The position numbers and the translations under genes are program-made. A stretch of DNA of 64,000 nucleotides, taken from the NCBI GenBank assembly GCA_963663275.1, contig OY760183.1, forward strand, positions 1,760,001 to 1,824,000. The letters are read 5' to 3'. Below, piece after piece: positions 26,347 to 35,044 of this stretch. Positions within the stretch are counted from its first letter, which is position 1. Each line of letters opens with the position of its first letter. The DNA is from Chloroflexota bacterium (GTDB taxonomy: Bacteria; Chloroflexota; UBA11872; VXOZ01). Below the pieces are notes generated by a model, which was given only the letters and a program-made list of their open reading frames with translations, was not told where the DNA came from and did no database searches.

Positions 26347-27789
26347 CTACGGCCAAGAGCCGAGCTTCTCGCGGATGATCTTGAGGCCGTCGTCCACGAT
26401 TGCCTGCATGGTCGGCTGGATTTCCTTGAGGAACGTCGCCGCGTCCTGCTCGCCGGTCCAGAGCCTGGCGTCGCCAATGTCGTTCAGCAGCGTCGTCACC
26501 TGGCCGCTTGTGGGCAAGGAGCCGACGTTCCACTGCGGGACGGCCGTGGCGAGCGCGTCCTGGGCCACCGAGATGCGCGGGTTGCTGTAACCCTGGAACG
26601 CCTCATTGATGAACGGCTCGATCTCGGGGATCCACGCCGGGATACGGCGCACGAACTTGCCGAGGCGGCCTTCATGCAGCAGCCAAGCCATGTAGTCAAA
26701 GGCCGGTTCGCGCTTTTCGCTGCCGTAAACCAAACCGAGCTTGTGCTGGTTGGCGTCCGGCGTCGAGCGCACCACGCGCGGCATGGGCGCCATCACGAAG
26801 TCCACGCCCTGCTCCAGCGCCTTGTCGGCGTAGGTGAGGGGCAGACTGCGCGGCGCGGAGATCATCAACGGCACCTGGCCGCTGAGGAACGGATTCTGGC
26901 CGCCGAAGTACGTGTTGTTGCGATCGGCCTGCGGCGGAATCACCTGGTGCTTGTGGATCAGGTCGAAGAAACTCGTGTAGCAGTCGATCATCGCTTCAGA
27001 GTCGCAGGTGGCCGTCGTCAGGTCCTGCGACACCCAGCTACACTCGTCGCCCCAGAGCAATTGCCAGGAGCACCAGTCGTGCGCGTGGTTGCCCATCGCC
27101 CACTGGCTTACCTGGTCGCCCTCGAACTTGCGCAGCTTGACCATCACGTCGAGCCACTCGTCCCACGTCCACGAGTTCGCCACGTCGGCCGACGGATAGT
27201 CGAGACCCGCCGCCTCGAAGTAGTTGGGGTTGATCATGACCACGTGGGCGTTGCCGCCGTGGCCCATGGGCAGCAGATAGACCTGCCCCTGGAACATGGC
27301 GTCGCGCTCGAGGAGATTCGGGTTGTAGACGCTCAGGTCGAGACCGCGCGCCTTGACCAGATCGTCCATGTTCTGGGCGAGGTCCTGCATCACCTGCGCG
27401 AAAGCGCGGCGCGGGAACTCGGAGATGTCCGGCGGGATGCCGCCGGCCTGCATGGTCTTGATCTTGGCCACGCGGTCGGCCGTGCCGCCCACCTGCGAAA
27501 CGAGCTCGATGGTCGTGCCCTCGTTCTCGGCGATGTAGGGGTCGGCCATGTTCTGCATGAACTCTTGCTCGAGCTCGGTCGGCACCTTGAGGAAAGCGAC
27601 GATGTTGACGCTTTCGGCTTCCTGCGGCTGGGCCGCTTCCTTCTGCTCCGGCTCGGCCGGCTTCTCTTCCATCGTGCCGGAGTCCGCCGGCGCGGCTCCG
27701 CCGCAGGCGGCAAAGACTACGGACGACGCCCCCACCATGGCCGAGCCTGCCAATAGGCGACGTCGGGACAGTAACTTGCTATCGAGCAT
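26347..27789 (-). CDS. ABC transporter solute-binding lipoprotein (Tat signal)
   Basis: ATG 27789 after AAGGAGG; SRRRLL, VFAAC lipobox, FEAAGLDYP..SWTWDEW. Confidence 0.88.
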   Translation of the reverse strand: MLDSKLLSRRRLLAGSAMVGASSVVFAACGGAAPADSGTMEEKPAEPEQKEAAQPQEAESVNIVAFLKVPTELEQEFMQNMADPYIAENEGTTIELVSQVGGTADRVAKIKTMQAGGIPPDISEFPRRAFAQVMQDLAQNMDDLVKARGLDLSVYNPNLLERDAMFQGQVYLLPMGHGGNAHVVMINPNYFEAAGLDYPSADVANSWTWDEWLDVMVKLRKFEGDQVSQWAMGNHAHDWCSWQLLWGDECSWVSQDLTTATCDSEAMIDCYTSFFDLIHKHQVIPPQADRNNTYFGGQNPFLSGQVPLMISAPRSLPLTYADKALEQGVDFVMAPMPRVVRSTPDANQHKLGLVYGSEKREPAFDYMAWLLHEGRLGKFVRRIPAWIPEIEPFINEAFQGYSNPRISVAQDALATAVPQWNVGSLPTSGQVTTLLNDIGDARLWTGEQDAATFLKEIQPTMQAIVDDGLKIIREKLGSWP

Positions 27790-27871
27790 TGCGCTACCTC
27801 CTTCTTGATACAAACAGAACAGCGCTGCCGGCGCGCAATTCGCGCCGGCGCCACCCCAGATAGCTGGGGCA

Positions 27872-27900
27872 ATTCTATTGTGTATGCCTGAGTCTGTCAA
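27872..27900 (-). promoter_or_regulatory. Near-consensus sigma70 promoter of the 26347-27789 gene
   Basis: Minus strand TTGACA-N17-TAGAAT. Confidence 0.8.
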
Positions 27901-27959
27901 GTGTGCGCTGCAACGAAATTTGTAGCACCAGACTTCGTAGCTTTACAGTGCTGTGTTTC

Positions 27960-28090
27960 TGTCATTCCGAGCGCAGCGAGGAATCTATAGTCCCCGCACA
28001 CGAGATTCTTCGTCGCTGCGCTCCTCAGAATGACAGATGGCTGCTCTCCTCAGAATGACAGATGGCTGCTCTCCTCAGAATGACAGATGG
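27960..28090. repeat. Family B REP doublet with triplicated right arm (25-bp unit)
   Basis: TGTCATTCCGAGCGCAGCGAGGAATCT ... then ctcctcagaatgacagatggctgct twice plus a partial third copy. Confidence 0.85.
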
Positions 28091-28225
28091 AGAAGCCGCC
28101 TTGGGTGTCGCCGCGAGCGACAATCTGCTTGTCTCCGCAAAGTAAGTCCGAATCTACTAAAGCCGCGCTGCAATGCGGCGCGGCCGCTCGTAAATTGCGT
28201 TTGAAGCGTGTGTCAAGGGGGTCTG

Positions 28226-28254
28226 ATGACAATTCCCGTTAAACGTGCTATATA
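28226..28254 (+). promoter_or_regulatory. Putative sigma70 promoter of the 28498 gene
   Basis: ATGACA-N17-TATATA with extended TG. Confidence 0.5.
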
Positions 28255-28497
28255 TCCTTATACCATCACCGCTTACGCGGTTAATGGACAGTGTGACTAT
28301 GCTGCGGTGTCGCGGTAAGGAGGGGGAAGCGCGCAGACGCTCAGCAAACGCGGTACGCTCTCGCGTCTTGCGGTGGCGCATTTGCGCTGGTTGCGAAGTG
28401 AGCGAGAGCGTCTTGTGCCGGTATGCTGCGGCATACGGCCAACGGGGCTTGTCCCCGCGAATTGAGAGTGAGAGATCAGGAGCTAAGGAGTACGAAA

Positions 28498-29892
28498 GTG
28501 TCCAAGGATCTAACGCGACGTACCTTTCTCGGCGGCAGCGCGGCGGTCGGTACCGGCCTGCTGCTGGCGGCCTGCGGGCAAGCCATGCCCGCAGCTACGC
28601 CCGCAGAGGGTGAAGCTCCGGCGGCTGAGGAAGAGGCCAAGTCGGCTGAGCAGCCCAAAGCTGCAGAGCAGAAGACGGTGCGCTACCTCCATTACACCAC
28701 TACGCAGGCGGTGTGGGACGAAAGCTTCGGCGGGCTCTTCGATACGTTCCGGGCGCAGAACCCCGACGTCAACCTTGAGGTGGACCCGGTTACCGGCGGT
28801 TTCAACGTGCTCATCGATAAGGCCGTGGCGTCGTTTGCCGGCGGCATCGTCTTCGATGTCTATTACGGCCACTTTTCCTACATCAGCCAGTTCGCGACGG
28901 CAGAGATGATCCAGTCGCTGGAGCCGTTCTTGTCGGCAGACCCCGAGGTCAGCAAGGGCGACTACCACGTCTGGGCCACTGAGCGCATCCAGGGCCAAGT
29001 GTACAGTATTGCCTGGTTCACGAACGGCAAAGAGTATTGGTACAACGCCGATCTCTACGTCGAGGCCGGCCTCAAGACGCCCAAGGAGCATGAAGCCGAG
29101 GGCACGTGGACCTGGGATACCGCGCTGGAAGGCGCAAAGAAGCTGACGAAGGTAGAGGGCAATAACGTCACGCAGTGGGGTTTGTTCACGCCCTCTTACT
29201 CATTCGGCTGGCACTGGATCCACCTGATGGCGTGGGGCGCGACGTGGTGGAACGATGACTTCTCCGCACCGGCCATGCTCACACAGGAGTTTGCCGAGGG
29301 CACGCAGTTTGCCGTGGACTTGGTAACGAAGCACCGCGTCATGCGCAGTCGCAGCGCCCCGAGTGAGGACGATGTGGCGCCTGACTTCAACACGGAACTC
29401 TTGGCGGCCCGCACCTGGGGTTCGTACGGCACGCGGACGATCCAAGAGAAGATCATGTCCCAGGAGGAACCGTTCACGGTAGAGATGGAAATGCTGCCGA
29501 AAGGCCCGGCCGGACGCCAGATCGTGCAGTCCATCAACGCGAATTGGATCTCCAGTTCGTCGGAGCATCCGGACAGCGCCTGGGACTTCTACAAGTTCTG
29601 GCTGAGCCAGGAAGGCCAAAGTTTCATCGTGCCGCTGGGCGGTGGACGCTACGTAGCGAACAAGAACTTCGAGGGCTTTACGGTCTACGACTACGAAGAC
29701 CCCGCAGTCTACGCGCATGCTGCCGAGATCAGCGTGGAGCAGCGCCAGGTGGTGAAGCAGTCCGACGTCAACTCGGCATGGTCCGAGAACTGGGCAGCTT
29801 TGGAGCAAGGGACCAAGACGGTCCAGGAGGTCCAGGAAGAAATGCAGAAGGTTGCCGAGAACGCGCTGCGCGAGGGCGGCTGCCTCTGCTAG
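28498..29892 (+). CDS. ABC transporter solute-binding lipoprotein (Tat signal)
   Basis: GTG after AAGGAG; TRRTFL, LLAAC lipobox, YNADLYVEAGLKTP..WTWD, AWDFYKF. Confidence 0.88.
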   Translation: MSKDLTRRTFLGGSAAVGTGLLLAACGQAMPAATPAEGEAPAAEEEAKSAEQPKAAEQKTVRYLHYTTTQAVWDESFGGLFDTFRAQNPDVNLEVDPVTGGFNVLIDKAVASFAGGIVFDVYYGHFSYISQFATAEMIQSLEPFLSADPEVSKGDYHVWATERIQGQVYSIAWFTNGKEYWYNADLYVEAGLKTPKEHEAEGTWTWDTALEGAKKLTKVEGNNVTQWGLFTPSYSFGWHWIHLMAWGATWWNDDFSAPAMLTQEFAEGTQFAVDLVTKHRVMRSRSAPSEDDVAPDFNTELLAARTWGSYGTRTIQEKIMSQEEPFTVEMEMLPKGPAGRQIVQSINANWISSSSEHPDSAWDFYKFWLSQEGQSFIVPLGGGRYVANKNFEGFTVYDYEDPAVYAHAAEISVEQRQVVKQSDVNSAWSENWAALEQGTKTVQEVQEEMQKVAENALREGGCLC

Positions 29893-29928
29893 CCTGTTTA
29901 CGCGCCGATCGGCGGCATGCTTGTCCGC

Positions 29929-29972
29929 AATACCGCGTAGGGGCACGACACGTCGTGCCCCTACGCGGTATT
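29929..29972. repeat. 44-bp near-perfect palindrome around a GTAG-type REP (possible terminator)
   Basis: AATACCGCGTAGGGGCACGAC-AC-GTCGTGCCCCTACGCGGTATT. Confidence 0.8.
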
Positions 29973-30036
29973 ATGTGCATGGAGGGAGAGCAACGGCTCT
30001 CTCAGACATGCATTGAAGTGGGCCGGGAGGGATACC

Positions 30037-30855
30037 GTGGCAACCGAAAGGACGACGGCGTTGCGTCTCTTGGGCACGCATTGGGCGACGCCGAATTTGC
30101 AGGACGCCGGTTGGGTAGAGGAAGAGTTCAATCTCAACCCGGCGGAGACCGGCTTCGTGGCGCTCCATCTCTGGAACATGGGCGACGTGAACGGGCCGTC
30201 CGTGCCGGATGGCTACTTTGTGGACATGGGCACGCTGGAGAACCAGGGTGAGTCCGTGCGGATTGCCGACAACTATATCCGCCCGGCGATTGACGCGGCC
30301 CGCGCGGCGGGTATGCAGATCTTCCACGTGGAGCCCGGGAACATCGCCATGAAGTACGACTCGGTCCACTACATGCTGGAAGACGAGGACGTGAACCCGC
30401 CGCCCGGCCCGCCGCGCCCGCCGGAGGCCAACCCGGGCTGGAACGTAGAGCGCGCCGACCGCAGCCACGGCGCCGGCTACCGCGATTGGGAAGGCTGGCA
30501 GCAGATGCGCATCATCCAGTCCTGCGACGCCGAGCCCGGCGACCAGGTGATCCTCACCAGCGCCCAGTTCGACCGCATCTGCCGCAGCAAGGGCATCAAG
30601 AACCTGATCTACACCGGCTTTGCCACGAATATGTGCATCCTGGGCTCCGCCGGCGCTACCCAACCTATGCTCGGCTACGGCTATAAGGTCTTCCTCATCC
30701 GCGAGGCCACGCTGGCGGTGGAGTATCCGGATACATTCCCCGAGCGGCTGATGACGCGGTCGGCCCTCAAGTATTTCCAACAAGCGGTGGGCGATACAGT
30801 CGGGTACGAACAGTTCATCGAGGCGTGTCAAGCGGTTACGGCAACTCGAGGGTAG
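30037..30855 (+). CDS. Isochorismatase/cysteine hydrolase family protein
   Basis: GTG after GGAGG; GIKNLIYTGFATNMCI nucleophile motif, GYKVFLIREAT. Confidence 0.8.
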   Translation: MATERTTALRLLGTHWATPNLQDAGWVEEEFNLNPAETGFVALHLWNMGDVNGPSVPDGYFVDMGTLENQGESVRIADNYIRPAIDAARAAGMQIFHVEPGNIAMKYDSVHYMLEDEDVNPPPGPPRPPEANPGWNVERADRSHGAGYRDWEGWQQMRIIQSCDAEPGDQVILTSAQFDRICRSKGIKNLIYTGFATNMCILGSAGATQPMLGYGYKVFLIREATLAVEYPDTFPERLMTRSALKYFQQAVGDTVGYEQFIEACQAVTATRG

Positions 30856-30954
30856 ACTCGTACGATAAACGTCGGTAACGCGAACAGGCCCGCGAGTGCG
30901 GGCCACTTCAGGATTGGCAAGTCTATTGCAGTCAGACAAGGGAGTTGGACGCAA

Positions 30955-32244
30955 ATGCGACGGAGAACCGGCAAGCGCATCGCAAGTTTAGTGTGGGCCT
31001 GGTTTCTGGCTCTGGTGCTTATCCTGGCAGCAGCGTGCGGCGGTGATGACGAGAGGGATGTGACGCCGTCCGACGAACCTGCGGCGCCGCAGGCGGTGAT
31101 TCGTGTCGTGACGACGTCGAATATTCTCGCGGACTGGGCTAGAGTGATCGGTGGCGATCACGTTGAAGTGGTCAGCCTGATGCCGGTTGACGTCGACCCT
31201 CATACCTTCCAGCCCGGACCCCGGGACGCCGCGCAGATTGCGGAAGCGGATGTGATTCTGGCAGTCGGACTGGGCATGGAGGGATTCTGGCTGGAAGACC
31301 TGCTGCGCAGTTTGGCGCGGGACCCGGGCATCGTATTGGCCTTGGGCGACTCAATAGACCCAATCCACTCCCACGCCGACGATGAAACTGCCAACGATGA
31401 AGACCACGAACATGATGAAGACGAAGACGAGCATGCCGACGACGAAGAGAATGGGCATGACGAAGACGATGCTGAGCATGCCGACGATGAAGAGGATGGG
31501 CATGACGAAGACGATGACGAGCATGCCGACGACGAAGACCACGAACATGATGAAGACGGAGACGAGCACGCCGACGACGAAGAGAACGGGCATGACGAAG
31601 ACGATGACGAGCATGCCGACGACGAAGACCACGAACACGATGAAGATGAAGACGAGCATGCCGATGACGAAGAAGAAGATCACGCCGACGAGGAAGATGC
31701 GCACGGACACGTCCACGGTCCTGAGAACCCGCACTTCTGGTTCGACCCCATCCGCGTGATGAGCGCCGTCAATGCAATAGCGGCGCGGTTTTCAAAGCTG
31801 GATCCTGCGCATGCCGACGTCTACTTCACAAACGCGGCTGCGTACAATGAAGAACTCGATGAACTGCACCACTGGATCGAGGATCAGGTCAACCAAGTGC
31901 CTCAGGATCGCCGATTTCTCGTAACCTCTCATGACAGCTTCCGCTACTTTGCCGAACGCTACGGATTCGAGGTGTTGGGTGTGATCCTGGGTGTAACGAC
32001 CGATGTGGAAGCTTCAGCAGAGCATCTGGCGCAACTCGTGGAGGAAATGAAGGAGCACAACGTGCGGGCGGTCTTCGGTGAGACGATCACGAGCGAACGC
32101 TTGGCGCAGAGCCTGGCAAACGAAACCGGCGCCACGCTGGTGCGCCTCTACTCGGATTCGCTGGGAGCCGAGGGCAGCGGCGCCGAGACATACATCGGTA
32201 TGGTGCGGGCCAATGTGAAACTGGTTGTAGAGGCGTTGCAATGA
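30955..32244 (+). CDS. Zn/Mn ABC transporter solute-binding lipoprotein with a long His/Asp/Glu loop (ZnuA/TroA family)
   Basis: Lipobox LAAAC; DPHTFQP, NPHFWFDP, TSHDSFRYF and LYSDSLG motifs. Confidence 0.93.
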   Translation: MRRRTGKRIASLVWAWFLALVLILAAACGGDDERDVTPSDEPAAPQAVIRVVTTSNILADWARVIGGDHVEVVSLMPVDVDPHTFQPGPRDAAQIAEADVILAVGLGMEGFWLEDLLRSLARDPGIVLALGDSIDPIHSHADDETANDEDHEHDEDEDEHADDEENGHDEDDAEHADDEEDGHDEDDDEHADDEDHEHDEDGDEHADDEENGHDEDDDEHADDEDHEHDEDEDEHADDEEEDHADEEDAHGHVHGPENPHFWFDPIRVMSAVNAIAARFSKLDPAHADVYFTNAAAYNEELDELHHWIEDQVNQVPQDRRFLVTSHDSFRYFAERYGFEVLGVILGVTTDVEASAEHLAQLVEEMKEHNVRAVFGETITSERLAQSLANETGATLVRLYSDSLGAEGSGAETYIGMVRANVKLVVEALQ

Positions 32245-33014
32245 TGAGCGCCAGCGGCGAAACGGATGGTTCAGAGCCGGCGCTTGTCGTTGAAGACCTG
32301 GTTGTCGATCGGGGCGAGACTCAGGTCTTGAACGGTGTGACCTTTTCCGCCAAGAGAGGTCACATCATGGGCGTCATCGGCCCCAACGGCGCCGGCAAGA
32401 GCACGCTCTTCAATACCCTCACCGGTCTGCTCCCGGCACGGGAGGGCCAGGTGCTCATTAACGGCAAGTCGATTGCCGAATCCCGTGGTTCTGTGGCATT
32501 TGTGCCGCAACGGCAGAACATCAACTGGGACCTGCCCATGACCGTGTGGGACATGGTGATGCTGGGCCGCACACGGCGCATCGGCTGGTTTCGCCGTCCG
32601 GGACGCGCCGACAAGCAAGCCGTGGAGGACGCCCTGAACCAGGTCTGGATGTGGGACCGGCGCGACGCCCTGATCAGCGAACTCTCCGGCGGACAGCAGC
32701 AGCGCATCTTCGTCGCCCGGGCCCTGGCCCAGGGCGTGGACGTGCTGATCTTGGACGAGGCTTTTCGGGGCGTTGACTTTACCTCCCAAGAGGTCATGAC
32801 GCTGGTCTTGCAGGAGATGCGCGACGCCGGAAAGACCATCCTCCTGGCCTCACATAACATCAGCTACGTGCGGCGGTTGTCCGACGAGTGCCTCTGCCTC
32901 AACCGCGGCGTCGTCGCCTGCGGCCCCACGGCGGAGGTGCTGGTGCCGAAAGTTATGGAGGAACTATACCGCTCGTTGGAAATCTATCGCGCCTACGAGA
33001 GCGAGCAGGTCTAA
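32241..33014 (+). CDS. Zn/Mn ABC transporter ATPase (ZnuC-like)
   Basis: GPNGAGKST, LSGGQQQR, LILDE. Confidence 0.93.
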   Translation: MMSASGETDGSEPALVVEDLVVDRGETQVLNGVTFSAKRGHIMGVIGPNGAGKSTLFNTLTGLLPAREGQVLINGKSIAESRGSVAFVPQRQNINWDLPMTVWDMVMLGRTRRIGWFRRPGRADKQAVEDALNQVWMWDRRDALISELSGGQQQRIFVARALAQGVDVLILDEAFRGVDFTSQEVMTLVLQEMRDAGKTILLASHNISYVRRLSDECLCLNRGVVACGPTAEVLVPKVMEELYRSLEIYRAYESEQV

Positions 33015-33836
33015 GTGGATGTCCTGGCAGACATCTTCATCGCGCCGTTCCAGTACGGCTTCATGCTGCGGGCATTGGTCGTATCGGTGCTGGTGGGGGT
33101 GATGTGCCCGATGCTGGGCGCGTACGTGGTTACTAAGGGCCTGGGGTTCATGGGCGACGCGCTTTCCCACGCGGTGCTGCCCGGCATGGTGGCGGCGTTC
33201 GTGATCGGCGTCAATCCCTTCCTGGGCGCGATGCCCATGGGCATCGTGGTGGCGCTGCTCAGCGGCTACCTCATCCGGCGGGCGGGCGTCAGCGCCGATA
33301 CCTCCGTGGGCATTCTCTTTGCCGGGCTCTTTGCCCTGGGCGTGGTGATGCTCTCGTTTACCCGGGGATTGCGGGTGAGCCTGGAGGACATTCTGCTCGG
33401 CCAGGTGCTGGGCGTGAACGGCCTGGACGTGCTCTTGACCGCGGTCCTGGCCGCCTTGGTGCTGGCGGTCCTGTATCTGCTCCATAAGGAACTGGTCTTT
33501 GCCAGTTTCGACCCGGCGGGCGCTACGGTCATCGGCCTGCCGACCCAGGCGCTGGACTATCTCCTGTTGGCGCTGCTGGCCGTAGTAATCGTGTTGGCCA
33601 TCCAGGCGGTGGGCATCGTGCTGGTGCTGGCCATGCTTATCACACCCGCCGCCACGTCGTTCCTGCTGGTGCGCAACTTCGTCGGCGCTATGCTCACGGG
33701 GGCGCTCCTGGGGGCAATCTCGGCCGTGGCGGGACTCTATCTTTCGTTCCACTACAACCTGCCGTCGGGGCCGGCGATGGCGCTGGTCGCTACGGTGATA
33801 TTCGCAATCGTGGTGTCGGTCAAGAAGGCACGCTAG
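33015..33836 (+). CDS. Zn/Mn ABC transporter permease (ZnuB-like)
   Basis: GDALSHAVLPG motif and multiple TM helices. Confidence 0.93.
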   Translation: MDVLADIFIAPFQYGFMLRALVVSVLVGVMCPMLGAYVVTKGLGFMGDALSHAVLPGMVAAFVIGVNPFLGAMPMGIVVALLSGYLIRRAGVSADTSVGILFAGLFALGVVMLSFTRGLRVSLEDILLGQVLGVNGLDVLLTAVLAALVLAVLYLLHKELVFASFDPAGATVIGLPTQALDYLLLALLAVVIVLAIQAVGIVLVLAMLITPAATSFLLVRNFVGAMLTGALLGAISAVAGLYLSFHYNLPSGPAMALVATVIFAIVVSVKKAR

Positions 33837-33848
33837 GAGAGATTGACA

Positions 33849-34766
33849 ATGTATCCAAACGGCGCGCAATTCTGCCTGAGCCTGACGTTCGACGTGGAGA
33901 TGTGCACCAACTTCCCCTACTGGACGTCGGTGTGGGACCATCACAAGGGCGCGATCGACTCGGATTGCAAGCAGTACATCCTGAAGCTGAACGCGGTGGC
34001 GGAGAAATTCGGCGTCAAGTTGCACTACTTCCTGGTGGGCAGCGCGCTGGAAGACCCGGACCTGGACTACCTGAAAGCCAGCGTGGACGCTGGGCACGCC
34101 CTGGGCAACCACACCTACACCCACGTCAACGTGCGGGCGCGGGACATCCCGCAGTTGCAGGTGACATACGCCGCCGCGCCCTGGCGCGCGCATGGCCGTT
34201 CGGCGCTGGCGTGCATCCGGGACGAATTGCGCCAGACCAGCCACGCCATGCGCGCGACGCTGGGCGTGGATCCAGTCGGCTTTCGCACGCCCGGCGGGTT
34301 TGTGGACGGTCTCAGCGGCGTTCCCGCGGTGCAGGATGTGTTGCAAGACGAGGGGTTCGGCTACGCCTCTTCGCACTACCGCTTTCCGGTCGATCCCACG
34401 CGCAAGCGGCCGCCGCGCGCGCACTTGGAAGCGGCCATGCGGGAGAGCCTCGATACCTTGCAGCCGTATCGCTACCCCAACGGCCTGCCGGAACTGCCGC
34501 CCACGGGCATCACCGACATCTGGGGATTCCGCTACCTGGATCTGGATCGCTGGGAGTTCATCGACGTGCTCAAGCACGGCATCGATCACGCCCACGCTCG
34601 CGGCCAGGTGTTTACTATGACCTTCCATCCGCCGGTGCTGGCAGCGAGAGATCCGCACTGCGACGTGCTGGAAACGGTCTTGCCCTACGCATTGGAGAAG
34701 CCCGGCGGCTGCTGGGTCGCCACGAACGACGAGATTTACGACCGCGTCGTGCCGCATATCGCTTGA
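33849..34766 (+). CDS. Polysaccharide deacetylase (NodB homology) family protein
   Basis: LTFDVE, GNHTYTH, GFRTPGG, FHP motifs. Confidence 0.85.
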   Translation: MYPNGAQFCLSLTFDVEMCTNFPYWTSVWDHHKGAIDSDCKQYILKLNAVAEKFGVKLHYFLVGSALEDPDLDYLKASVDAGHALGNHTYTHVNVRARDIPQLQVTYAAAPWRAHGRSALACIRDELRQTSHAMRATLGVDPVGFRTPGGFVDGLSGVPAVQDVLQDEGFGYASSHYRFPVDPTRKRPPRAHLEAAMRESLDTLQPYRYPNGLPELPPTGITDIWGFRYLDLDRWEFIDVLKHGIDHAHARGQVFTMTFHPPVLAARDPHCDVLETVLPYALEKPGGCWVATNDEIYDRVVPHIA

Positions 34767-34883
34767 GCGCCGCTGGGTAAGGCAGTCTCCCCGCAGCGGT
34801 CATTGGGCGTAGCGAGACAGGGCGTTTCGTCGTTCTCTCCCTCGGGGAGCTTTGCACAGTCCCAACTGGTAAGCGAAAAGACT

Positions 34884-34918
34884 CCCTCTCCCCGGGGAGA
34901 GGGCCGGGGTGAGGGGGG
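34884..34918 (-). repeat. REP-like palindrome, family A
   Basis: CCCTCTCCCCGGGGAGAGGGCCGGGGTGAGGGG. Confidence 0.85.
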
Positions 34919-35044
34919 AATCGCCGCCGCTCCAGCCCAATTCCGTGTGTTTGGCAGACTTACGCACAACTCTCCCTGGGTAGAATAGAATTATCGTGAC
35001 GTGATGTTCGCGCAAGCCGCGCACGTAATGCAAGGATACGCCTC

